64,000 nt of DNA from Lytechinus pictus (lineage: Eukaryota): assembly GCF_037042905.1 (NCBI RefSeq), contig NC_087246.1, positions 9,736,001-9,800,000 on the forward strand, read 5' to 3'. The notes beneath the pieces are model-generated. The model was not told the origin of the DNA. It saw only the letters and a program-made list of their open reading frames with translations, and did not search any database. Below are positions 51,006 to 64,000 of the stretch, in pieces. Position numbers and translations under genes: made by a program. Positions within the stretch are counted from its first letter, which is position 1, and each line of letters starts with the position of its first letter.

Positions 51006-51802
51006 TAGGGACAGTGATTTTCCGCGATCGCGGAAAACGGACAGAATTCACGGAAAGGGCCTTTTGAAACGGAAAGTGGCATTTCAAACGGAAAATCACG
51101 GAAAACGTATTTTTCCTCAAAATACACAGAACAGCAACAGAAATTACTCCAAAATCACAACAAAATGAGAATATTAAATGGCCACAAAACCCCAGAAAAC
51201 ACGATCTCACTTCGCTACTATCATGACAATTCACACATCGTGACTGCACTCGACATCAGCACACTCGATTGTACCCCTCACCCGTACCCTGCTGGCCGGG
51301 TTGGGCTTTACATGCACACATATCGTTCAACTACACGGTCGTGTGTTGCTGCCCTCTACGTTTGAAGATGTAACAGCACGATATCGTGGTCTTAAAATCC
51401 AAGATGGCGGATTGGCAAAAGCCGTTGACTGATGATAACGATGTCCAAAAAAAAACAAAATTATCGATGAAATATCATTTCACCGTGAAATAATGCTAAT
51501 AATGTGAAAGGTGAGGATGTATGCATGCTAAATGGGTTTGTAAAAATATTTTATGCACCCTCATAGATCCGATTAGAACGGATTCTATTGTGTTGTTGGT
51601 ACAGTAGCAGATACAAATTTTGACCAGTGCGAGTGTACGTGTTGTGATTTTGCTATTCAATGTGTAAACGGAATTGTCACTTTTCCGTGTGTACAAAGTC
51701 TATGGGGAAACGGAATTTCCGTTTTCTGACATGCTGAAACGGAATTTGAGATTTTCTGAAACGGAAAAGGCAATTTTTTGAAACGGAAAATCACTGTCCC
51801 TA
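51006..51802. mobile_element. hAT-like MITE with AAACGGAA subterminal repeats
   Basis: TIRs TAGGGACAGTGATTTTCCG / CGGAAAATCACTGTCCCTA; ACATTAC on both flanks, overlapping the terminal A. Confidence 0.8.
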
Positions 51803-52061
51803 CATTACCTTGTATTCATTTGCAGTTTAGTGTGCTGATGCGCCTTTTGGTGAAACAGACTGCAAACCTATTCTGAACTACTTCAGTCAATTATATTTTC
51901 TACGTACAATGCTATACAGTTGATCACTACCAGTAACTGCAGTCTTCACTAAATATTGCTCATATTTAATCTATTGTAAAATTATTTCTTGTAGTTGGTT
52001 GAAGGAAAATAAATCTATGTATAAATTTGTTTATTTTCCCCTTCTTTTCTCCACCTTTTAG

Positions 52062-52172
52062 AAAGACCATGGTGAACCTGAATGCTTACTACAGGACCAG
52101 TTAGACCAAACCAACGCTCCCCTTTATATTTTTGCTGACCCAGACTTAAACATTGTTTATCTTGTTGGAAAG
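52062..52172 (+). CDS. Coronin coding exon 5 (GC donor)
   Basis: KDHGEPECLLQDQLDQTNAPLYIFADPDLNIVYLVGK; donor AAG|GCAAGT. Confidence 0.9.
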
Positions 52173-52342
52173 GCAAGTGACATGTTTACAATCATGGTTC
52201 TGTTCAATTATTCAATTCAATGTATTGTTTAACCATCAAATACAAAGCAATACAAACAAGAAACATGGCCTATGAAAAGGGGCCATCAAATAACAAAATG
52301 CACAATTATCAACAATAAAACATACAGTATTTACAGGAATTA

Positions 52343-53423
52343 TCAGTCAGTCTGCAAGCCCCTGTGTTAATGAGCAAATGAGCAAGATTTATCCAAGTCA
52401 TCTCGTGGCTGAATTCATGTCCCTGCAAAATCTCGTGAATTGTGATACTTTGTTTCTTAAAGAATTTAACCACTTTCTCCTTGAGTAAAATTGATTGTTT
52501 TTGTACCATATGAAAGAGTAAACGGTACTCTTTTATACTGATTATTTCTTTTGAATAAAATATTTTGATTAATGAGTGAATTTTAGGCATGAAAAGATGC
52601 CTCAAACATAATTTTCTTCCTCTTTCTCTTGCAAATTGTGCAAAATTTTGTGTTTTAGGCACAACCATTATTTATATCATCAGAAAGCTCAAACTCTATA
52701 CTTTCTTACAATGTCACTCTTGATATGTGGCACCTTTTAGATAGGTCAGCAGCCAGCTTTTTCCACAAAAATGCAAGACGAGATTTCTGAAATTTCTGAG
52801 TAGCATAAAATCCAGAGTTCTGATTGGTTGAATAGTGTTGTCAAAACAACAGGCGTGGGTTATTTGAAGAGATTACCACATGGTGAGTGTGACCTTGCAG
52901 AAGCCCAGTGTGGGAACATTAGAATTTGCGTGGGTGTGTGGTCTCTATGACCAATCAGAGCGCAGTATTCTTGTTTTTAAACTGCTAAATGTACTTGGCC
53001 TATGAAAAGCTGGCTGCTGACCCATCTAAGATACCTCTTCTTATAAAAATTATATTATATTAAAGCTTAGATCTTCAGCTTTATCATGATCTAAAAATTT
53101 TTTGGGCCCAACCAGAAATTAAGTGTAAAAACAACAAGTTTTGTTGTATGAAAATAATTATTTTGTTTTATGTCTTAGATCAAAAGTTTCACCAATGTTA
53201 CAAAATCTTTTGAAAAATCCAGACACATGACCTAAAAGAATGATATTTCTTCTTTATAAAGATACCAAAAACATGAAATTTGGTCAATATTTAGAGCAGC
53301 AAATGGCCGAATAAAAAGAGGTGTTTTCATCCGCACCAAGCTCATTAACAATGCAAAAACCCTTTCATCATTAATATCACTTGGATAAAAGAAGCTACTT
53401 TTTCAGGGCTTGCCGACTGACTG
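52343..53423. mobile_element. Inverted-repeat element
   Basis: CAGTCAGTCTGCAAGCCCCTG / CAGGGCTTGCCGACTGACTG, TGTTAATGAGC / GCTCATTAACA, and internal GTCAGCAGCCAGCTTTT / AAAAGCTGGCTGCTGAC. True boundaries may extend further. Confidence 0.6.
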
Positions 53424-54261
53424 TTTGTAACTACATTGAAAACACTGTAAAATGAGCTGATGAATTATGCTGGAAATCAAAAATTCTTAACCTGCCTTTT
53501 ATAAAATCTAATGAATTTTATAAGCCTTTGTTTTTCACCTTGTTACAAATTGTGAAAAGCATATATTTTCATACCTTTCTGTGATAATTGAAGCATAACT
53601 CACAATGCTTCAATGATCATCACTTATTTCTCATATGGTTTCATTGCATATAAAATTATGTTCCTTTTCATCTGTTTTATCAATTTTGACAGGAAATGAA
53701 ATATGAAAAAAAATAATCTAATGACATCCCTGCACAAATTCAGTGACACAAGTCAGATATCCATTTGTTTAAAATCATTTGCAAAATGCATAAAATATTG
53801 AATGAAATATTAGGAATTTTATATAATTTTATAATAGCCAAGTTAGGAATTTTGGGGTTCCAACATAGTTCAGAATAGTTAAAATGATCTGGGGGCATAC
53901 AAGATCTATGTTTGCAAAGAAGCACAATAAATGTTTTTTGTACAATTCGGGTTTAGATAGGGTTTCCAAGATATATTCATTTGAATAGACACCTAAAAAA
54001 TTGATATAAACTTTATTGTTTTATTTCCACCAATAAGATTTGTAATGTATAAAGAAATCATCCTGCCTCCTCCTTGAAAAATTATATACTTGGTCTTATC
54101 AAAATTGAAGAAGAGTTTATTCAAACAAACCACTTATGAAGTTTATCCAATCCTTTATTTGCTGATGATATAAGATCGTTATTTTATGTGAGACTGATAA
54201 AATTGTATCGTTAGCAAATTAAAAAAATGTAAAATTAATCCAATATTTATCTGTTTTTTAG

Positions 54262-55853
<1,592 letters not shown>

Positions 55854-56059
55854 TATTATTTTTTATTGTCAATTTGATGAGCTTGTGTTTGCAGCACATG
55901 TGCACCAGCGTATAATACGCAATGATCACTGTTGCAATTGGTGATTCTCAAATTGGCTCCGAGTGTGATTGCCCAATGCTTTCGAGACCGTATCGTGGTA
56001 CAAAAGCTTGATTCTCCAGAATAAATGTGGATTAAATCAGCGATTTTGGAAGTGAATTC

Positions 56060-56130
56060 ACTCTAGCTTAGTCCTGATGACGACCAGAACATGCTGGTCG
56101 AAACGTCGTTAACAGTTCTTTTCAGAGCTA
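56060..56130 (+). ncRNA. Hammerhead-ribozyme-like motif, Penelope-type minimal type I
   Basis: CTGATGA(56074)-C-GACCAG-AACATG-CTGGTC-GAAAC-GTC; stem II is perfect, stem I imperfect. Confidence 0.65.
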
Positions 56131-56439
56131 ACATACAATCAAGAAAGAATAACAAACAGTCCATTTCAGGACTACATACATGATGTTAACCGTAAAACCT
56201 CCATTAGTCAAAATATGTTTTCCTGAACTGAGCCTGTATAGATCTAGTGTGGGGATATCACTCGTGTCAAGGTGAATACATTTGATTGAGAGAGTGGTAT
56301 GTGCCACGATCTAATGATTACACTACTAAAAAAATGTTAGGGAGCCTAAATTACGATCCCTTTTCCATGTCAACATTGTCGATGTCGGGATTAATTTTCA
56401 AGCGACATGTCGACATGGATTTTTGTTCCCGACAACAGC

Positions 56440-57195
56440 ACTAGTATTTACCAACCCCCAAAGAAAACCTACATGCTCTGAAAAATACACTGTTGATAGA
56501 AGAAAACTCCTCTATTCCCCAAAGACCACTTGCATATTGTTGGATTGGTAATACCTTAGAGTCATACAATTTAGTATATATGTCTTATAAAGCAAACCAC
56601 CCATAAGTTTAAACTTACTGATAATAATGCCTAAAGCTCGAGAAGCTGATTGTGCCAGCATTTTGGTACCCTTTTGAAACATGAAGAATTTGTCAAACCA
56701 AAGACCAAGGTATTTGTATGAGTCAACAATATCAAGCTTGTAACCACTAAGGTGAAAAGAAAATTTTGTTTGTTCCTGGCTCTTACATCGAAAATGAAAA
56801 ATTTGTGTTTTTGATGCATTCAATTCAATTATCCATGTAAGGGCCCATGCGCTAACTTTGTCTAACATACATTGATCATTTTCACTTTCAGCTAAAACCA
56901 CAATATCAGCTGCCTACATAAGCATATCAATTTGTGTATCTAGTATCTGAATACCTCTATTAGTATTGCGTAACCTTACACTGTCAACTAAGTAATTTAT
57001 AATCACATTAAAGAGGAGCGGGGATAAGAGGCAACATTGTTTAACACCAGACTCCATATGGAAGAAATCTGTTAAGTTATCATTGACATTAACAGTGCAC
57101 ATAGATTCCTGGTAAAGGGATTTGATACTATTATACAATTTACCATGAACACCAATTGATCATAATTTGTACCATAGCATAGTCCAATTCACCCG
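56440..57195 (-). pseudogene. Decayed non-LTR retrotransposon RT fragment
   Basis: LWYKL, IKSLY, GVKQCCLLSPLLFNV, ADIVVLAESE, NASKTQIFHFR, YKYLGLWFD, with stops and frameshifts. Confidence 0.88.
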
Positions 57196-57631
57196 TATCT
57201 AAATTATGAAATGTGGCCATAGGGATAATCAAGTATCACTGATCATCTTCAACAAGTCTTTTGCCACATGATCAAGGTCAAAGGTCATTAAGGGTCAATA
57301 AAGCTAGTATTTTATTATATGAATGTTGTTTTTGTGTGCATAATTATCCATCTTAGTTTTAAGTTAGCACTGCTTTTTATGTTATAAGGAACATGCATGC
57401 CAAATTTTGTTGCAGTTACTGAATGTTACCCAGATCAGAAGGGGGTTCATGACAGGATTAAAAACAGCAAAATACTGGAAATTTATGAAAATTGCACAAA
57501 ATGAACAGAAATCTACAACATCACAGTGTTATTTGATTGTAAAGATTTTAGGCATGCAAAAGATAAAAACCGGGCACATGTTTGTGGAAGATTTAATAGC
57601 AACATGTATAATTTTTATGATTTTATGACAG

Positions 57632-57925
57632 AGTGAACTGTACCAAGAAGACATCTACCCTGATACTTTAGCCAATGAATATGCAGTTCAAGCCTGTGAG
57701 TGGCTCGAAGGTAAAGATGGCACACCGAAGTACATGTCCATGCAGCAATTTTTCAAAGAAAAGGAAAGCTCTACCTCAAGCAGGGGAGGTGGCCTTGGTG
57801 GCCTTGGTGGCCTCAAAAAGGGTGGATTGAAATCGACAACCCCAGCAGCTAGTGCTCCTGCTAAGAAAGAAGAACCCAAAGCAGCTCCCATAAGCTCTGT
57901 GAGACCACCCGTTTCCAGTTCTAAT
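57632..57925 (+). CDS. Coronin coding exon 7
   Basis: SELYQEDIYPDTLANEYAVQACEWLEGKDG...VRPPVSSSN; donor GTAAGT. Confidence 0.93.
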
Positions 57926-59199
57926 GTAAGTCTCTCAAAAAATTCAATTTTCTTTATTTTTCACAAATTCATAGGAATGACATATGCCACCTCCATTTAC
58001 TTTTATTTGCAGGCAGAGGGGAGGGGGGCTTTTAAAGCACTTGTCTTCAATGTTTTATTAAATTTTCAAATATATGCTTTCACTTAGATACTTTCATCCT
58101 CATATAGTTTAATCTCTGCAAGATCATTCTGTTAATGCACCTCAAATGAAAATTTGCAATGTCCATGCATTTACTGATACTGTATGCCAATATCTTGTAT
58201 TCTGACATTTGGGTCAACTTAAGTCATGGTCTAAGTTTGTGCTAACTTTGTGGAAAGCAAAATACATCATCACTTTGTTAAAACTATAGGTATCTAATGT
58301 TTTAGGTTTTTGTGATGTTGAAAATTATTGCAGTTATAATTTCCATAGAATTGGAAATGTGCAAATAGTTTTTGTGCATTGGTCATTTTCTGTAAATGGT
58401 TTGATTTGTATGTCTATCCATAGCTTAACCACAGCATATTAAAGTTAGACCGCCTTTCAGAATACAAGCGATGATGTATGTATTAGTAGCACTGGCAAAA
58501 TGAAGCTCTATATACATGTACAAAGTGGCCAACATGGTTACAGTTAGGGTTTAAAACATGGCATATATTGCTGTATAATACATTTAAACTTGGCTCACCA
58601 TGTCGTATTCCAACCTGAAACCAGCTGGTTTGTCAAATCTTGATTAAAGACTCTGCTCAGTCTGCTGCCAAATTTTCATCGAGCGCCCTCTTGTGTCAAA
58701 TGTCACAGCATAATCCTTAAACTATCCATTTCTTTAGCTGTGTGCCTGAGTCGTGCATCCAGCGTTTTGCACTGTTGAATGGAGTGGGGCCTTTAAATGT
58801 TAAAGTGCAATTTAAAGTTTCATTTTGATTATGGGAGTTGTCTTTAATTGCAAGTTTTGTGAAACGGGGACCCAGCGCTGTCGGCAATTTGAGCGCAGTT
58901 TGGTTCTATGACATAAAATGGATGCTAAGGATGATGAAATTTATTTGTTCAGTTCAGTTATTTTAAAACTGATATTACTCTCAATGTAACCTCTAATGGA
59001 CATTGCAAACAGAACATATTGTTAGATGTACATGTACTTGAGTTTTGACTTGTAAAAAAAATGATTTAGAATAAACCATTAATCTTTTCTTTTCCTGTCA
59101 ACTTCTCTCAAGTAAATAAATTGATCCTGCTTATCGAAAAATATCTGTATTTGATATTGATATTCTTCCCTGCCTTTAATTTTACAGGCATTCTTCTTT

Positions 59200-60108
59200 G
59201 AAAGCATAACTTAGAAAGTGTATGGAGCTAGTTTATGAAACTTGAAAATAAGGTTAATCAAGTATTACTGAACATACTGCTTGAGTTTCAGGTCACATGA
59301 CCAAGGTCAAAGGTCATTTAGGGTTAATGAACTTAGACCATGTTGGGGGAATCAACATTAAAATCTTAACCTAAGGTTAAGTTTTTTTAAATGTCATACC
59401 TTAGAAAATATACAGACCTAGTTCATGAAACGTGGCTTATAAGGGTAAATAAATATTACTGAACATCCTGCCTGAGTTTCAAGTCACATGGCCAAGGTCA
59501 AAGGTCATTTAGGGTCAATGAACTTTGGCCAAGTTGGGGGTATCTGCTGAATTACCGTAACTTTGAAAGTTTATGGATCTGATTCATGAAACTTGATCAT
59601 AAGAGTAATCAAATATCACTGAACTTCCTGTGCGAGTTTCAGATCACATGACCAAGGTCAAAGGTCAATGAACTTTGGCCATATTGGGGGTATTTGTTGA
59701 ATAACCATCATAACTCCGAAAGTGTATGGATCTAGTTCATAATAGAGTAATCGGGTATTACTGAAAATCTCATGCGAGTTTTAGATTACATGACCAAAGT
59801 CAAAGGTCATTTAAGGTCAATGAACTTTGGCCATTGTGGAGGTAATTATTAGATTGCTGTCATAACTTTCAAAGTTTATAGATATAGTTTATAAAATGTG
59901 GATATAGGGGTAATCAAGTATCACTGACAGGTCTTAGGTCACATGATCAAGGTCAAATGTCATTTATTGTCAATGAACATGTAGTATTGTATCATTATGT
60001 GAATGTTATTTTTTGTGAATAATTATTTTATAGTAGTTTTCAAAGTCAGCACTGCTGCTATATTGAATTGCGTGATGCAGGTGAGACTGCCAGAGGCGCT
60101 CCACTTGT
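59200..60108 (+). mobile_element. 5'-truncated copy of the 54533 HINE-like element (another fragment at ~57200-57380)
   Basis: Same tandem units and the same 3' end GCAGGTGAGACTGCCAGAGGCGCTCCACTTG. Confidence 0.8.
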
Positions 60109-60430
60109 GTTTCATTATAAGGTGATTCATTAAAAACTACAATCAGTTGTACATGTAAGTGAGATAGAATAAATCTTATATTAATTAAATTGATCTCCTG
60201 CTTTTGAAATTGGATTTTTAATTGTTTCAATTTAAGAATCACCCTCAGATGAGAAAATAGTCAATTTTTTATTGTAAAGAAGTAATTTTACCCATATAGC
60301 AAAGTAGTTTGATATGTAACAATCTGGCAACTGTAAGTTCTGTCAGTTGGAAATATGTGAATATTTAATGATCAGTTCTAAAGTAAATGCGAGATGCATA
60401 ATACCTCAAGTCTTGATTCTTGTCGTAAAG

Positions 60431-60562
60431 ACTGTAGAGAATGAGAATAAAGCAGAACCCGTTCCTGTGGACACACCAGCGGTAAAAGCTGCCCCTTCTG
60501 CTAAACCCCAAGAAACCAAGCCAGAACCTGAAACCAAGGTGGAGAAGAAGCCAGATCCGACA
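60431..60562 (+). CDS. Probable coronin exon 8 (P/E/K/A-rich linker, possibly alternative)
   Basis: TVENENKAEPVPVDTPAVKAAPSAKPQETKPEPETKVEKKPDPT; phase 0 at both ends; weak AAG acceptor, GTATGT donor. Confidence 0.7.
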
Positions 60563-62169
60563 GTATGTGAACCCTAGCCAGCATGAATAGCATGTCTACT
60601 CTCTCATTCTGTGACACTGTAGAATATACCCCTAAAGTCTTACTTCCTCAATAGCTCAGTATCACCCCTCCTTTAGCACAATGCATTGGTGTCTGGTTTC
60701 AAATATATACTACATGTGTGCATTGTAGTAATTTCTAATAGTTTTCAGAGGATGCAGAGTTTTGTATCCATTTTAGAATGTATAGCATGTAATGGGAGGT
60801 AATCCATTTACCTTTAACATAGCATAGCCTGGGAGTATTACATCTAGAGTGATCCAGTACACATGACACCAATAGCCTACAAATCATTGCCCATCAGACA
60901 ATGGTCATAACATTGACACAAGGTTAAACTCAAACTGTGTTCTTGTAGGTTATCCTCCTATTGGGTCATTGGTCTTGTTGGCTGCACAATGCCTTGTAAT
61001 ATCTGTCTCATGAATTCTGAATTTTATGATCCTTCAGATTGATGAGATGTTGGTCTGTCTCCCCTAGGGGTGGGGGGGGGGGGCTTCCATTTACCAGTGG
61101 ATATCATGAGTACAGGGAGTTTCAAAAAGCACCCTAAACACATATTTTCAATGATCTGAACATATGCATCTCTTTTAATAACAAACTTGTGTAGTAGTGT
61201 GAAACCTTACCCTTAACGAGTATTGGGTATTGAACATAGAGTTGTATTATATTGACATACATGAATCTATGGTAGGCCTACGAAAAGTAACTTAAAAGAA
61301 TTCGCATCTTGTATTATCAGCTTTTATGTGTGCTGTGTGTGAGGCTTCTTAAGCATTGTAGCTCTACATTAAATTTAGATACAACAAAGTGGCTATTTGT
61401 GAAATTAATACATACAACTTATTAGAAGTTTGACAGGGGGGGGGGGTAATTTTAGTATTTTCAATATTGTGATTATCAATCTACTTGTAGGTCCCATGGA
61501 AATTGGTAATTATCTTTAGATTACAAGACCATTTTGATGAATTTTTTCACTAGGTTCTTGTTTTTTACCGTATATCACCTAATATCTTTGTCCTTAAAAA
61601 TATGTGTAGAAATACAGGAAGTCCACTTTCATTCTACATAACATACACATTTAATACATATTAAAACAAGTTAAAAAAAAGGAATTACCATGTCACCATA
61701 ATAATGAATCAATCCTACCTCCAGTAATTCTACCACTATTGCCACCACCGTAACCATTATTTATCACTGCCGCTGCGACAATTATTATCACTGCCATTAT
61801 TATAAATATGTTACAAACAAGAAACCGATATTACTACTAGAATCACTCAATAATGCCATTACAATCGCCGTCATCACTACCACCACAAGCATTACTATCC
61901 TTTAATCATGATAATACCACATCATTATCATAATCATAATCATAGTTTTCTCATGGTCGTGGTCGGCAGGTATCGGACACTCTCACCTCTTTATAACTTG
62001 CATTCTGTGCCAAATCGCAACTGTCTACCTGGCACTAATTCCTCTACTGACAAAGAAAATGAAGTTATTTTTTGATGTTTTAAGCCCTAAACACTGACTA
62101 GTTTAAGTCCTACTGAGCCTTTGTGACAAGGTGTTGGCCAATGAATTTCTCCCGCTAAAATTTCCCTGG

Positions 62170-62340
62170 TTGATGATTATCGTCATTGTCATCACCATCA
62201 CCACCACCACCATCATCATTATGATCAACAACACCACCACCACAACTACCACCACCACCATTATCATCACCATCAGTCATCTTCATCACCAACACCATAG
62301 TCATTATCATCATCAATTACCATTATCTTCATCTTCTTTA
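62170..62340. repeat. (CAT/CAC)n trinucleotide microsatellite
   Basis: Directly visible; a more decayed tract lies at ~61730-61945. Confidence 0.85.
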
Positions 62341-63335
62341 CGAACACCATAACTATTTGGTATTAAAAATGACCCCACCACCATCTCTCATTAATGACCC
62401 TATATTACTAAAAAGAGGGGATAGTGGCATTTTTTATCAGACTAAAAGGTAATCATTTTTACCGGTCAATTTGAATACAATGACATGATGCATTGCTCCA
62501 CTGCCCTTCGTTTTCCTTAAATAGTATGATTAGTTTTTCATAATTTGGCCTTGCAGAATATCACACTGGTAACATTCAGAAATATGATTTATTGAAATCC
62601 AGTCAAATATGTCACTTGAATCTTTTGTCGTCGATGAGCATACAAGTTCACCTAGCAGCTCTGCCAGCACAACCAGCAATATTTTCATAACTGTCATTAA
62701 GATGTGTTATTAGTTCTGCCGTATTAAGTGTATTTATTATTACATCACAATGCATGGGTTTGCTAGGAAGTGAATTTGCTGGTACAGTTTGATACAATTG
62801 AGTAGAAAGTCAACTCTTTGTATACAGGTAGTTCAAATTATGTAGATACATTTTATTGTTTGGTGATGATAACAACCATTATTTATGCCAAAAGATACTA
62901 ACCTGATTATACCTCAATGCAGATGTAGCATTTCTTCCCATATATGCATGCCATTTGTCACTGGATTAAGAAAATTCATGAAATATCTCATTGTCATAGT
63001 TAAACGTAAATAGTGAATTTATAAAGTAAAGTTTAACTGTGCTCTTTATATTTATTGAAGATGTAACATACCGTAATTCAACCAACCAAAACCAGTTCTA
63101 TGTATGATGTAGCTTATTATGTTTTATTTAGAATGACCAAAAATAGTTCAAGCCTTTTTAATAATACATAGATCTTTATTTTTTAATTGGAATCTTATAG
63201 GCTGAAGGCTTATTACATTCAGTCATATGGGTTCCATTAAATCTTGATCCTTTACTTGAATAGTCAAACTACATTGTACTCGAATTGACATAGATATTCA
63301 AAGTCATATAAATGCAGCACACACTTCCCCTTTAA

Positions 63336-63910
63336 CCCTCAAAGGACTGGGGGGTGGAACCATGATGGCCCCCCTCGATGCTTTGCGCGATATTTCTAAA
63401 ACGCACAAAGATAGCGCCGTAAAATTTTATGACTTTTTGGAAAAAATTTTCTTCAAGTCTCGCGCAACTTTTGAGACCAAATTCGCTTCATACGGGTATA
63501 GCATCGCGACACCACATCATCCCACGTGACTTTTTACGAGACAATGTCAAGCCATAAAATGGCTCATTTTTATACTTTTTGTACAAAGTCTATGGGACAT
63601 GAAATTCATAAAAGGATGATTTATCGTTCTAATTGTTCTGTTCTGTAATTAATTTAGGGTTTAATTTAGTTGTTAAATTGCCTGTATTTCCATTGAAAAA
63701 AACAATGAAATAAATTTGCATATTTTATTCATGATAAATAAAAAAACAATTTTCAGAAATTTTCTTATATACTGGCTTGTATTTTATGTGGTAAAGAATG
63801 CGCGTGCTGAATTTCGGCGCGATCGCGTAAACAGCGGCCAAAATCAGAAGGGGGCCATCATGGGGCCCCCTAGTTCTCAATACATCTCAAATAGCCCAGT
63901 CCTTTAAGGG
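63336..63910. mobile_element. piggyBac-type MITE
   Basis: TTAA-CCCTCAAAGGACTGGG...CCCAGTCCTTTAAGGG-TAAA; subterminal ATGATGGCCCCC / GGGGGCCATCAT. Confidence 0.8.
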
Positions 63911-64000
63911 TAAAGATGTCAATCAGTCTTATCATCATCTAATAGTGATACTGTTATATGTTATTTGAAGCAATGTTTAATACCCTTTGTTCCAATGTTT

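Noticed and set aside
62131..62352. Thr/His-rich ORF as a further coronin exon
   Set aside because: It is a (CAT/CAC)n microsatellite with no coiled-coil character.

Overview
AT-rich, intron-rich animal genomic DNA. The repeat landscape (Deu-domain SINEs, TTAA-flanked MITEs) suggests an echinoderm or sea urchin, which is an inference. Three spliced genes were reconstructed by hand from splice signals and reading frame. (1) RAD51C on the minus strand: 6 coding exons, ATG at 9578, running off the left edge. (2) PEX12 on the plus strand: complete, 9 coding exons, 11530-20756, 354 aa, head-to-head with RAD51C. (3) A divergent coronin on the plus strand: ATG at 34083, 7 firm exons plus 1 probable exon, one GC-AG intron, probably running off the right edge. 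The rest is non-autonomous DNA transposons (Kolobok/T2-type, hAT-type, CACTA-type, piggyBac-type, Harbinger-type, Helentron/HINE-like), tRNA-derived SINEs, decayed LINE fragments and microsatellites, often nested several deep. Most notable observations: two hammerhead-ribozyme-like motifs in coronin introns (one is a ~68-nt insert between 17-nt direct repeats), three extra indel-free copies of the PEX12 C-terminal coding segment in its 3'UTR, and an 896-bp near-perfect foldback element in coronin intron 1. No prokaryotic-type system (CRISPR, operon) is present, and most ORF-track entries are spurious.
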